A program made the position numbers and the translations under genes. A model generated the notes under the pieces. It worked only from the letters and a program-made list of their open reading frames with translations, did not search any database and was not told the origin of the DNA. DNA of 63,831 nt, the filler included, from Licmophora abbreviata (lineage: Eukaryota), in the NCBI GenBank assembly GCA_900291995.1. It is 11 parts of 11 records of this genome, joined end to end, with 100 filler letters (N's around TTAATTAATTAA, not from the genome) between each part and the next. Parts side by side here need not be neighbours in the genome. Positions count along the whole stretch, not along the records: positions 1 to 9,465 come from OLMU01000490.1; positions 9,566 to 22,743 come from OLMU01000491.1; 9 more parts are not named here. One strand, 5' to 3'. Of this stretch, positions 1-12,567 are shown one piece after another (within the stretch, counting starts at the first letter, position 1; every line of letters starts with the position of its first letter).

Positions 1-194
1 CAGAACTCAGAACTCAGTACGGATACCTCGTACATACGTCAGCACCTGTCCGTCATCAGTGTGCAAAACATCGAAATCTATTCTCAAAAATTCGAGGCCA
101 CTCATCGCGATACCGGTATCTTCTCCCTGTTTCATCACACAGCAGGGAAGGAAAAGAGCAACGCTACCAACTTTGCCACCCCAAAGAGGACAAC

Positions 195-1043
195 ATGTCG
201 GGCCCACCGCCTCCGCCACCACCACATGGAATGGGCTATGGCTCGAACGAGGATTGGCAGAGAGGGGAAAATAACGGAGGCCAGAATAGTGGAACAGGAG
301 CTCCTTTTGGTGCTGCGCCTCATGTTATGATGAGAGCCCCGCCTGGGATGGGACCACCACCGGGTATGGGGCCGCCTCCTGGAATGGGACCACCGCCAGG
401 TATGGGAGTTCCGCCTCCTGGAATGGGGCTACCGCCGGGTATGGGGCCTCCTCCTGGAATGGGGCCACCGCCGGGTATGGGAGTGCCGCCTCCACCCCCT
501 CCTGGGATGTATCCAGCTCCCGCGGCAGCTGGTATTGGAGCGATGCCACCTCCTTTAGGAATTTTCCCGCCGCCTCCTGGAATGGCACCACCGACCATGA
601 TGGCGTCGGATAGTCACGATGACTTCGCAGGTAATAGCAGGCCCCTCACGCTCGAGGAAAAAGCCAAACGATGGGCTAAATTGCAGTCGAAACGCTACTC
701 CCACAAGAAGATGCAGACCTTCTCGGCGCCACAGAAGGAGCAGCTCCCGCCCGATTTCTTGCGAAAAATCTTGCAGGATCATGGAGACATGTCGTCCAAA
801 CGCTATCAGTCTGAGAAGCGATTGTACCTCGGCGCGCTCAAGTATGTTCCGCACGCCCTCTTTAAGCTACTGGAGACAATCCCGATGCCCTGGGAGGCCT
901 ACAAGGAAGTTCCTGTTCTGTTCCATGTGACGGGAGCCATCAGTTTTGTCGACCAAGTTCCCAAGGTGATCGAACCCGTGTACCGCGCTCAATGGGGTAC
1001 AGCTTGGCTGCTAATGCGTCGAGAAAAGCGAGATCGTCGTCAT

Positions 1044-1075
<32 letters not shown>

Positions 1076-4000
1076 CGAAGAGCCGCCCTTGGACTACGCT
1101 GATCATATTCTGAATGTTGAGCCTGGTGAGGCAGTACAGCTAGATTTGGGCGACGAGCAGTACCAACTCATCCAAGAATGGTTCTACGACAATATGCCTT
1201 TGAGCGATGTGTCGAGGGACAGTGCACTCGCCCAACACGTCTATATCAACGGACCAAGTTACAAGGAATGGCGTTTATCGACGCCCATCATGGCTCAGCT
1301 GTATGAGCTCGCCGAGCCACTCTTGAATACTTTTCCCGACTTGAACGTTCGCTATATCTTTGATCTGCCACAGTTTCTTACGGCCAAGGCTCTCAACGTG
1401 GCCATTCCAGGCGGGCCCAAGTTTGAGCCGCTCTTTCGAGACGTCGACGACGACGAGGACTGGAACGACTTCAACGATATATCCAAGCTTATCATCCGTC
1501 GTCCTATCCGAACGGAATACCGGATTGCATTTCCGCATGTATACAACTCTCGACCCAGAAAGGTCAAGTTATCTCCATACCACCACGTGCAGACTTGCTA
1601 TGTTGGGATCGAGGATGAGCGGGAAGAAGAAGATATGCTGTGCTTTGATGCCTATCCTTCAACATTGAACCCGATAGTTCGAGTCCAAGCCAAGGACTTT
1701 AGTCCGAGAGATCTTGACGAGTTTGAGGAGGAAGAATTCGCCATTCCGCTGGTTGGCGAGACGGAGGAGGACGAGTTGAACGTGTGGAGCTCATGGGAAT
1801 CGGACGACGAGAATCGTGAAGACGACGCGCAAGGCTCGGCTTTGCTTGAGCCCCTCTTCTCGCAGTCCCCGCTTGCGACGCCAAACACCTCGTCGGGTGT
1901 TGCTCTGTATTTCGCCCCAAAACCGTTCAACATACGATCTGGAAGGACACGTCGCGTGATCGACGTTCCATTGATTGGACATTGGTGTCGCGATCGTGTG
2001 TCGCGTGATTTGAAATATCCGACCAAGGTGCGCGTTTCGTACCAGAAGCTTCTTAAGGCTTGGGTGACCAACCAACTACACTCCAGGCCGCACAAGCGAA
2101 AGAACAAGCGAGCTCTTTTCAAGAGCCTGAAGAGTACCAAGTTCTTTCAATGCACGGAGTTGGACTGGGTGGAAGTTGGCCTGCAGGTCTGTAGACAAGG
2201 GCACAATATGCTTAACCTACTCATTCATCGAAAGCAGCTGAAATATCTTCATCTCGACTACAACTTCAATCTAAAGCCGACCAAGACTCTAACGACAAAG
2301 GAACGAAAGAAGTCGCGGTTTGGAAACGCGTTTCATCTTGTTCGCGAAATCCTTCGACTTACCAAGTTGATTGTCGACGCCCATGTGCAATATCGACTCG
2401 GTAATGTCGACGCATATCAGCTAGCTGACGGTCTTCAATACACGTTCAACCATGTTGGGCAGCTTACAGGCATGTATCGATACAAGTACCGACTGATGCG
2501 CCAGATTCGGACCTGCAAGGATTTGAAGCATCTGATCTACTACAGATTCAACACGGGACCTGTTGGCAAGGGGCCTGGTGTCGGTTTCTGGGCACCTAGC
2601 TGGCGCGTGTGGATGTTTTTCCTGCGCGGCATCACGCCTTTGCTCGAACGCTGGTTGGGAAATCTTCTGGCGCGACAGTTTGAAGGTCGTCATTCAAAGG
2701 GGTTCGCGAAGAATGTAACCAAGCAGAGAGTCGAGAGCCACTTCGATCTGGAGCTGCGTGCTTCTGTGATGCATGATATTCTCGACATGATGCCTGCGGG
2801 TGTGAAGCAGAATAAGTCACGTGTGATTTTGAGTCACTTGAGTGAAGCGTTTCGTTGCTGGAAGGCCAATATTCCGTGGAAAGTGCCTGGTATGCCGGCA
2901 CCCATGGAAAATATGATTCTGCGATACGTCAAGGCGAAGGCAGATTGGTGGACCAACATCGCACATTACAACCGCGAGCGAATCAAGCGTGGCGGAACTG
3001 TAGACAAGACGGTTGTGAAGGTAAGAAGCCATCGATGTCGATGCCAGCATGAATGGATTTGATACAGACTCATGAGTTTAATTGCATTTCCTTCTTAGAA
3101 AAATCTCGGTCGTCTGACTCGACTGTGGCTTAAAGCTGAACAGGAAAGACAACACAACTACCTGAAGGACGGCCCATATGTGTCCGCAGAAGAGGCTGTT
3201 GCAATCTACACAACGACGGTGCACTGGCTTGAAAGCCGAAAGTTCACACCAATTCCGTTTCCTCCTCTTTCCTACAAGCACGACACCAAACTCCTGATTC
3301 TCGCGCTAGAAAGACTGAAAGAGAATTACGGTCTGCAGATTAGGCTGAACAGTGGTGCGAGGGAGGAACTGGCTTTGATCGAGCAAGCATACGATAACCC
3401 TCACGAGGCTCTCAGCCGAATCAAACGCCATCTGCTCACCCAGCGCACGTTCAAAGAAGTCGAGATCGAGTTCATGGACATGTACTCCCACCTGTCTCCC
3501 GTTTACAACGTAGAACCCCTAGAGAAGATCACCGACGCATACCTCGACCAGTACCTATGGTACGAAAGTGACAAGCGGCATCTATTTCCCAACTGGATCA
3601 AGCCCGCCGACTCCGAACCTCCACCACTTCTCGTTTACAAGTGGTGCCAAGGTGTAAACAATCTCGAGGACATTTGGGAAGTCGACCGAAACGGTGAAAG
3701 TGTTGTCCTACTACAGTCTCAATTTGAAAAGATGTACGAGAAGATCGATCTGACATTGTTGAACCGTTTGCTTCGGCTCATCGTGGACCACAACATCGCA
3801 GACTACATGACAGCCAAGAATAATGTGAGTATATCGTTCAAGGACATGATGCACACAAACAGCTATGGCTTGGTCCGGGGGCTACAGTTCGCGTCCTTCG
3901 TTACCCAGTACTATGGTCTCGTGCTCGACCTCCTTGTGCTGGGACTCACTCGTGCGAGTGAGCTCGCAGGTCCACCTCAGCGACCAAACGAATATCTGAC

Positions 4001-7000
4001 GTTCGAGGATATTGAGACAGAAGTGGGCCATCCGATTCGTCTATATACTCGATACCTGGACAAGGTGTACATGCTTTTCAAGTTTGACTCGGTCGACAGC
4101 AAAGACCTTATACAGAGATACCTCATTGAACACCCGGATCCGAACAACGAGAACGCGGTGGGCTACCGGAACAAAAAGTGCTGGCCGCGAGATTGTCGAA
4201 TGCGACTCTTGAAGCGCGACGTCAATCTCGGCAGAGCTATCTTTTGGGACATCAAGAATCGTGTGCCACGGAGTACTACCACGCTTGATTGGGACAATTC
4301 TTTTGTCAGTGTATACAGCTCTGACAACCCCAACCTTCTGTTCGACATGAATGGCTTCGAAGTGCGAATTCAGCCGCTAAGGGCGAGCACACGCGCTGTG
4401 TTCGGAGGGGACATTGCGGCTTCTGCGACAACGTACAAAGATGGCGTTTGGAACCTGCAGAATGAGACGACAAAAGAGATGACTGCTCAGGCGCATCTTC
4501 GAGTCGAGGAGGAAGCCGTTCAGGCTTTCGACAACCGTATTCGACAGATTCTCATGAGTAGCGGCGCTACAACGTTCACCAAAATTGCGAACAAGTGGAA
4601 CACGGCGGTAATCGGTCTGATGACATACTACAGAGAAGCCGTGCTCAACACGCAGGAGCTTCTAGACTTGCTTGTAAAGAACGAGAACAAAATCCAGACA
4701 CGGATCAAGATTGGTCTCAACAGCAAGATGCCGAGCCGCTTCCCACCGGTTGTCTTCTACTGCCCGAAAGAACTCGGAGGATTGGGAATGCTGTCCATGG
4801 GTCACGTTCTGATTCCGCAGAGCGACCTACGCTATAGTAAACAGACCGACACCGGCGTGACTCATTTCCGCGCTGGATTAAGCCATGATGCGGACCAGCT
4901 GATTCCCAACTTGTTCCGCTACCTGCAGCCATGGGAGAGTGAGTTCGTAGACTCGCAGCGTGTGTGGGCTGAGTACGCTTTGAAACGGCAGGAGGCGAAC
5001 GCGCAGAACCGGCGACTGACGCTGGAGGATCTGGAAGACTCTTGGGACCGCGGAATACCTCGCATTAACACACTCTTCAGCAAGGATCGGCACACTCTCG
5101 CTTATGATCGCGGCTGGAGAGTCCGGACTGTGTTTAAGCAGTATCAGATTCTTCGAATGAATCCCTTCTGGTGGACCCATCAACGCCATGATGGCAAGTT
5201 GTGGAATTTGAATGCGTACCGCACTGATATGATTCAAGCACTTGGTGGTGTAGAAGGCATTCTGGAGCATACGCTGTTCAAAGGCACATACTTTCCTACC
5301 TGGGAAGGCCTTTTCTGGGAGAAGGCGTCTGGTTTCGAGGAGAGCATGAAATTGTAAGTCGAGCGCGCATCGTTAGTTGTCCCTGGTCCTTGAAACGAGC
5401 TAACTTGATTTTATGCCTCTCTATACGCAGCAAAAAACTCACGAACGCCCAGCGATCAGGTTTGACCCAGATCCCAAACCGGCGTTTCACCCTTTGGTGG
5501 TCCCCGACGATCAACCGCGCCAATGTCTACGTGGGTTTCCAGGTCCAGCTAGATCTGACCGGTATCTTCATGCATGGCAAGATTCCAACACTGAAGATCT
5601 CGTTGATTCAGATCTTCCGCGCTCATTTATGGCAGAAGATTCACGAGAGTATCGTCATGGACATCGTGCAGGTGTTCGACCAGGAGCTTGATACGCTTGA
5701 AATCGAGAGCGTTCAGAAGGAAACTATTCACCCGCGCAAGTCCTACAAGATGAATAGTAGCTGCGCAGATTTGGTTTTATTTGCAGCGTACAAGTGGCCC
5801 GTCTCGAAGCCGAGCCTTCTACACGACACCAAGGACGACTACGATGGCAATACAACAAATAAGTATTGGCTCGATGTCCAGCTGAGATGGGGTGACTTCG
5901 ACTCTCACGATATCGAGCGCTATGGCCGAGCAAAGTTCCTAGACTATACGACCGACAACATGAGCATTTATCCATCTCCGACCGGATGCCTCCTCTCGGT
6001 CGACTTAGCCTACTCTCTGTACAGTGGCTTCGGAAATTACATCCCTGGCGGGAAGCCTCTTTTGCAGCAAGCGATGGCAAAGATAATGAAGGCCAACCCG
6101 GCACTGTACGTGCTTCGGGAGCGTATTCGCAAAGGCCTCCAGCTCTATTCGAGCGAGCCGACAGAGCCATATCTAAGTTCGCAGAATTATGGTGAACTCT
6201 TCAGCAATCAGGTGATTTGGTTTGTTGACGACACAAATGTCTACCGCGTGACAATCCATAAGACGTTCGAAGGAAATCTGACGACCAAGCCCATCAATGG
6301 AGCGATCTTCATCTTCAACCCAAGGACAGGACAGCTCTTCTTGAAGATCATTCACACGAGTGTATGGGCCGGTCAGAAACGACTTTCGCAGCTTGCCAAG
6401 TGGAAGACGGCGGAAGAGGTCGCTGCTTTGATCCGTTCGCTCCCGATTGAAGAGCAACCGAAGCAGATCATCGTAACGCGAAAGGGGATGCTGGATCCGC
6501 TAGAAGTGCACTGTCTTGATTTCCCGAACATCGTGCTAAAAGGCTCTGAACTGCAGCTGCCCTTTCAAGCCGCACTAAAAGTGGAAAAATTTGGGGACCT
6601 CATCTTGCGAGCCACCGAGCCACAGATGGTTCTCTTCAATATCTACGACGATTGGCTCAAGACGATATCCTCATACACCGCGTTCTCTAGATTGATTTTG
6701 ATCCTCCGCGGTCTGCATGTGAACGTGGACAGAGTCAAGATGATCCTTCGACCGGACAAGAGCGTCGTCACTGAGCCCCATCACGTGTGGCCAAGTCTCA
6801 CCGATGAACAGTGGATCAAGGTAGAAATAGCTCTGAAGGATCTCATTTTGGCGGACTACGGCAAGAAGAACAACGTCAACGTCACTAGCTTGACGCAGAG
6901 TGAGATCCGGGATATCATTCTTGGAATGGAGATTGCCCCACCTTCCGTGCAACGACAGCAGGTTGCCGAAATCGAAGCTCAGGCGCGCGAGCAGTCGCAG

Positions 7001-7927
7001 ATGACGGCAACTACGACTCGAACGACGAATGTTCATGGCGAACAAATTGTCGTGACAACGACGACACAGTACGAGGCCGCGACGTTCCACAGCAAGACCG
7101 ATTGGCGTGTCCGTGCGATTAGCGCAACGAATCTCCACTTGCGCACGAAGCACATTTATGTGTCCTCGGAAGACATATCGGAAGATGGCCTTACCTACGT
7201 TCTACCGAAGAATATTCTGAGCAAGTTTATTATCGTTGCGGATCTACGCACTCAAATAGCTGGGTACCTGTATGGCGTCACGCCTGCTGACAACGACCAA
7301 GTCCGGGAAGTTCGCTGTATCGTGATGGTGCCACAAGTCGGCAATCACCAAACGGTGACTCTACCGAAAAAGCTTCCGGACCACGAGCTTCTGAAGGAGT
7401 TGGAACCCCTCGGATGGATACACACTCAACCAAACGAACTGATTCAGAGCGGTGTGCAGGTCTTGCCAGCTACGGACGTTGTAACGCACGCTGGTATCAT
7501 CGCGGACAACCCTCAAATCTGGAAGGGACAGGACGAGATTGTCATCACGACGTCATTCACACAGGGTTCGTGTTCTCTTACTGCTTATCATGTCACAGAT
7601 AGCGGTATCAACTGGGGGAAGAAGAACCGCAACATTCCCGGGGGCGTCGCGAATGCTGAGGGATACTCGTCAAACTGTTTTGAAAAAGTACAGATGCTGC
7701 TAAGTGATCGTTTCAAGGGATTCTTCGTTGTACCGGAGGGAGGACTGGGATGGAACTTCAACTTTCAAGGCGTGAAACACAGCTTAGGAATGGATTACTC
7801 CCTGAGAATGGACATGCCAGAGCGATTCTACGCCGAATGCCACCGCCCCCAACACTTCCTTTCCTTTGTTCAAATGGAGGATGGCGAAGAAGCAGATGAC
7901 GCGGACTTGGACGATTTCCTACAGTAA
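195..7927 (+). CDS. PRP8: Pre-mRNA-processing factor 8 (U5 snRNP core protein); 3 exons 195-3020, 3099-5353, 5431-7927
   Basis: Hallmark motifs [70 protein letters not shown] and C-terminal [16 protein letters not shown] introns 3021-3098 and 5354-5430 rejoin [13 protein letters not shown] and [12 protein letters not shown] in frame. Confidence 0.98.
340..510 (+). repeat. Coding tandem repeat (PPPGMG)n, ~18-nt period, in the PRP8 N-terminus
   Basis: About nine [19 protein letters not shown] units with synonymous variation, visible in DNA and translation. Confidence 0.9.
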
Positions 7928-8457
7928 CGAGTCATCAAGGTTAAGTTCGCTTCGCAATATGTCTAAGATCTATGGTTAAGTTACGCTGTTCGTGCCATGT
8001 TACGGTCGAGGAGGGTATTTTTCTTCATTGCACAACCGAAGAGAACGATTGGACAATCAAAATGTGAGCAAACGGCGACAAACTTTTTCTGTATGAAAGC
8101 ATGCTCACTCGGGAGTCAGTCGCTAGTTTTTATACTATATACAGCCTTAATACATATATACTGCTCGTCATCCTAATGTAAAGGCCCAATAAACGACTGA
8201 CAAAATAAAATACATTATTTTATATCAGGAACTGTATATATAATTTCACGCCCAGCACGATCAATCTCGCCAAAATCAACCGACACATGTTTTGAATCGC
8301 CGCCTCACATTCTTGGGCGATTCGACGACTCATTCCACTTTCATCATCATCAAACACTAGTCTAGCAAACGAGATTCCAAGAAAGAGACTGCTTCTTCGC
8401 TGCCCATTTGACACTCATAGAACGACTGGTGAAGTCGACAGAAACTAGCTCGTGACA

Positions 8458-9465
8458 ATGTGGGGAAGGCGGATGCGACCCGGCTTTTCGATTGTCATGG
8501 TCGCCATGCTACTCGTTATCCCAGCCAGAGCTGGCGTCTGGGATGCCGCTTGCGTGAATGGACTTCCGACCGGAAGACCCTGTGTGGATATCGGCGACAG
8601 TTTTGCTGAATTTAGAAGTCAGATTGAGAATGCGGTTGATGGCGACTTCATTGTGTTCTGTCCTTTCGACATTGTGCACGATGGAGAGCGAATCAATCCA
8701 TCATCCCAGACCGGATTTGCTTGTGATCCAACACTCGGAGAATGCATCATCAATGGGCCAGGTCAGACTTTTAGCCTGAATTCTGGCTCGGCGGAGACAT
8801 TGTTCTACGGGTTCACGTTTGTTGGGATGAACGATGCCGTTGCCTTCATTCGAGACGATACCACAAAGGAACAACAATTCTGCAACTGCATTTTCGAAGG
8901 GTAAGTCCGGAATACCAAGCGTAAGATTGATACGGTCTCTTCTGGCCCTAACATTCTTGGATCCTTTCTATGATGCTCTCTAGAAATACACATGGTACAA
9001 GAGGAGGGGCAATTCGTACCTCTCGCGGAACGATCGTTACCGTTCGTTCGAGCACATTCAAGGACAACTATGCCGGACGCGGTGGTGCAATCTACAATCG
9101 CGGAAACATGACAATTCTAGATTCAGTTTTCACTGGAAACTCGGCAAATGATGTGAGTGATGAAGAACTCAGAGCGTCTGCAAAGACTCGTGTTGCGGGA
9201 AGCTAACCTCTTCTATCCTCGATTTTTCAGGGCGCATCAGTGGCAGTTGCTAACTACGCATTCCTTTCCCTCTCGGGAAATATTTTCGATGGAAACGCGG
9301 CAATATTTGATGGCCCAGTCATCTTCGGAGATTGTAAGTTAACAAAGGGGATGTGCTCTATTCTTTCGTGTGTCGCTTGCTGATGGGTTGCGCTCTTTGT
9401 ATACACACCAGTCGATACGGCTGACCTTGCGACTGAGTACGTCGACGGCGGATGGAACATAGCCA
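8458..9465 (+). CDS. Secreted Cys-rich / GGAI-repeat (pectin-lyase-like beta-helix) domain; probably the N-terminal half of the CA-like gene beyond the gap
   Basis: Signal peptide FSIVMVAMLLVIPARAG; RGGAIRTS and RGGAIYNRG...FTGNSA repeats; GT-AG introns at about 8901-8983, 9153-9230 and 9334-9410; frame still open at the gap. Confidence 0.7.
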
Positions 9466-9565
9466 NNNNNNNNNNNNNNNNNNNNNNNNNNNNNNNNNNN
9501 NNNNNNNNNTTAATTAATTAANNNNNNNNNNNNNNNNNNNNNNNNNNNNNNNNNNNNNNNNNNNN
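9466..9565. other. Artificial 100-nt scaffold linker (N + TTAATTAATTAA + N); the same linker occurs at 22744-22843, 30789-30888, 36971-37070, 41063-41162, 42464-42563, 54405-54504, 55620-55719, 60818-60917 and 62617-62716
   Basis: Ten 100-nt blocks of the same design; the core puts stops in all six frames. Confidence 0.99.
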
Positions 9566-10880
9566 ACTCCATCGTACACCCCTCCTCCCGACCCAGAGCT
9601 TGAATTGCTCGCCTTAGTCGATCGAGACCAGCCGGACGGTTACTTCAACTTCAACATGGCTGACCCTGACTATGGACCCGAAAACTGGAAGGACGTCGAC
9701 GTATCAGAGAACGAGTTCATGCGATATGAAAAAGAGGAACCCGGCTTTGACGTCTCTTCGAATGTGTGTGGCCGCGGTGGAATTCAAAGTCCCATTGATC
9801 TCGCAAAAACGAACTCAGCATGCGAGGAATTTCATCAAATTCGAGCAAGGGTAAGTTGCTTCGAGAATCGAAAGTGTGGTAATTTACTCCTGATGCTAAC
9901 ACCCCCCTTTCGTCCTTCTAGGGAGGAGATTGGCGAAACATGACTAGGTCTGGGAATATTTTGTTCCAGGTGACGCCCCGAAATCTTCGTATGCAAATCG
10001 AAGGCGATAGCTCAAAGGGGCCTCGAGCAGATTCACCAGGAGGCTTTTTGGAACTTTACATGAATCATTTGGAAGTCCATGTAAGTTTTTCGTCTCGCCT
10101 CCTCTGTCTTCCGCTGATAGTTTTGAATGATACTGATCCGGTCGCCACTCTATTTATTCCCGCAGGTCCCGAGTCTTCATACGTTCGATGGTAAGCGGTA
10201 CGATGCCGAATACTCATTGTATCACATCCAAGGCAAAAAGAACAGAGTAAGTTTTGAAACAAAATTGCCGAATGATAAGGTACTCCTCGACAAACATCTC
10301 ATATATAACCTTTTTATGTTGTCAGGTTTTGGTTTTGTCTGTGTTAGTGGATGCATCGACTAACAACTACAACCACCAGTTCCAGAAGATGCTCAACGCC
10401 TGGGGTCAAGTCCAAGATTGCGGTGTCGATGGAGGTCGTCGTCTCCATGAGATGGATTTATTGGACTTGGATGATGACGACGAAGAAGAATACATCCCCG
10501 GAGACGACGACGACGAAGCCCGTCGTCTCGTCAAGATTGGCGGAAGACACGACGTTTACCACGTAGACCTGATTCCGAGTATCCACTGGTATGCTTACTC
10601 CGGCTCTTTGGTTCAGCCCCCGTGCACAAGGAACGCTCACTGGCGAGTCTATGATACACCCATGGAGATAAGCATACAGCAGCTCAATCAACTCAAGGGC
10701 ATCCTGAAGTTCGGTCCTTGTCGAGACGACCCCCATCGCGTCGGTCTGGGAGACAGCATGGCAAGGCCCACAGAAAGAGATCGCGGTCGAGACATTTGGC
10801 GCTGTACGGAGGAAGACTTTCTTTCAGACTGTGAACGTTTCGGCATTCTATGTCCAGCTCCCGGATTCTCTGGCAACTAG
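9566..10880 (+). CDS. Alpha-carbonic anhydrase-like domain (degenerate active site); 5' end joined across gap
   Basis: YGPENW, CGRGGIQSPIDL, HVPSLHTFDGKRYDAEY, YAYSGSLVQPPC..AHWRVYDTPMEIS..QL, ARP motifs; introns 9851-9921, 10081-10165 and ~10247-10325 keep the frame. Confidence 0.88.
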
Positions 10881-10980
10881 AGACCAGAGAAGCAACCGTC
10901 CTTCGCGAATCCACTCTCGGCGCCGGCTCCGAGGCGACCCAGACAGTACTGTTTCATGTTATCATCGTATATTCTCTCAC

Positions 10981-11018
10981 ATTCGATAATACTAATCAAA
11001 TTCGATAATACTAATCAA
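10981..11018. repeat. Perfect 19-bp tandem duplication ATTCGATAATACTAATCAA x2, in the probable 3' UTR of the CA-like gene
   Basis: Read directly from the sequence. Confidence 0.85.
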
Positions 11019-11283
11019 ATGCTTTATTAGAGCTAAGGCCGAACTGCAGATAGGTCCGCCGTGCAATGCGATTGTAGTCTACTCCGTAGATGTTGGTAGA
11101 CATTACGGTTCGTCAGATAATAGGTGCGCGTGCCTTCTTGTGGTACTCGTGCGCAAAGAAGCCGCGCTCAAACATCACGTGACTTTACGTTGCATCAACC
11201 ACAACCACACACATCACAAGACCACAAACAGCCCGAAAGTCTAAAGTCGTCTATCGTACCATCATGGCTGATAATGTAGAACG

Positions 11284-12557
11284 ATGGCGACCTCTTCTAG
11301 CGCGAACAAAGTACAAGTAGCCGTTATTGGAGCGGGAGTAATTGGGCTGGCTGTCTCGAGAGCGTTGGCGAAGGCTGGAAAGGAGGTCCTCATTCTTGAG
11401 CGTGCTGGGTCAATCGGCACAGGTAAGGACGATACGGCATGCGACCGGAACTATACAGTCAACATGAACTTCACGCTTCTCACGTCTCCATGTGCTTGAG
11501 TACTGACGCAGAAACGTCGGCTCGAAACTCCGAAGTCATTCATGCTGGGCTCTATTATCCTTCTGCGTCTCAGAAAGCAAGCTTATGTGTCAGAGGGAAT
11601 CACCTCTTGTACGAGTACTGCGAGTCGCGGAACATACCCTACCAGAGGTGCGGGAAGCTCATTGTGGCTACGCAGCACCAGCAATTGAAGACTAGTCTTG
11701 AGAACCTTAAGCGCCAGGCGGAACGTAACGGAGTAGGGGATATCAAACTCTTGTCGGATGCGGATGCAAAGGCTTTGGAGCCGGGTGTGGAGTGCGTCGG
11801 AGCCTTGTGGTCTCCTTCGACAGGTGTCGTAGACAGTCACACGCTTATGTCAAATCTGTCGGGTGACGCTGAAGCTTGTGGGGCTATGATTGCGCTCAAG
11901 AGTTCTGTACAATCTGGCTCTGCGACACGCGATGGCATTCAGCTTACTGTCGACGACATGAACCTTATGTGTGACTCTGTTGTCAACTCCGCTGGTCTCT
12001 GGGCGGACGAGGTCGCAAGAGACATACATATACCCGACGAGATTGAAGTTTGGAGGCCGCCACGTCAATACTTTGCCAAGGGGAATTACTTTCAGTTGCA
12101 TGGCATGAAGGCTCCGTTTCAGCATCTGGTCTATCCGTTGCCTGATGCCTCTGGCGGCCTAGGAGTTCATGCGACAATCGACTGGAGTGGGCACTCGGTG
12201 AAATTCGGTCCGGACGTTGAGTGGCTAGACCCAACGATGAGGCCAGATGATATTGATTTGACGCCAGATGCCAGTCGCGCCGATTCGTTCTACGCTGCTA
12301 TCCGACAGTATTGGCCAGAGTTACCAGATGATGCGCTCATGCCAGACTACGCTGGCATTCGGCCTAAGTTACATCATCCGCATATCAAAGAGGTAGCCAC
12401 GCCAAGCTTCTTCGATTTCCGGATTGACACCCCTAAAGAACACGGAGTGCCTGGTTTATTTCATCTCTTCGGCATGGAGAGTCCCGGTCTCACGTCTAGC
12501 ATGGCCCTTGCCGAGCATGTTGCAAAGCTAGTAGAAGATTCCAAATCCACGCTATAA
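11284..12557 (+). CDS. L2HGDH: L-2-hydroxyglutarate dehydrogenase-like FAD oxidoreductase; intron 11423-11511
   Basis: [11 protein letters not shown]ossmann motif; spliced [55 protein letters not shown]. Confidence 0.92.
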
Positions 12558-12567
12558 GCCGTGATTA

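Noticed and set aside
5310..5353. PRP8 intein at the known fungal site [11 protein letters not shown]
   Set aside because: The site is uninterrupted; the nearby break is an ordinary 77-nt GT-AG intron.
9466..9565. Recurring TTAATTAATTAA as a biological repeat or CRISPR-like array
   Set aside because: Always centred in a 100-nt N block; it is an artificial six-frame stop linker.
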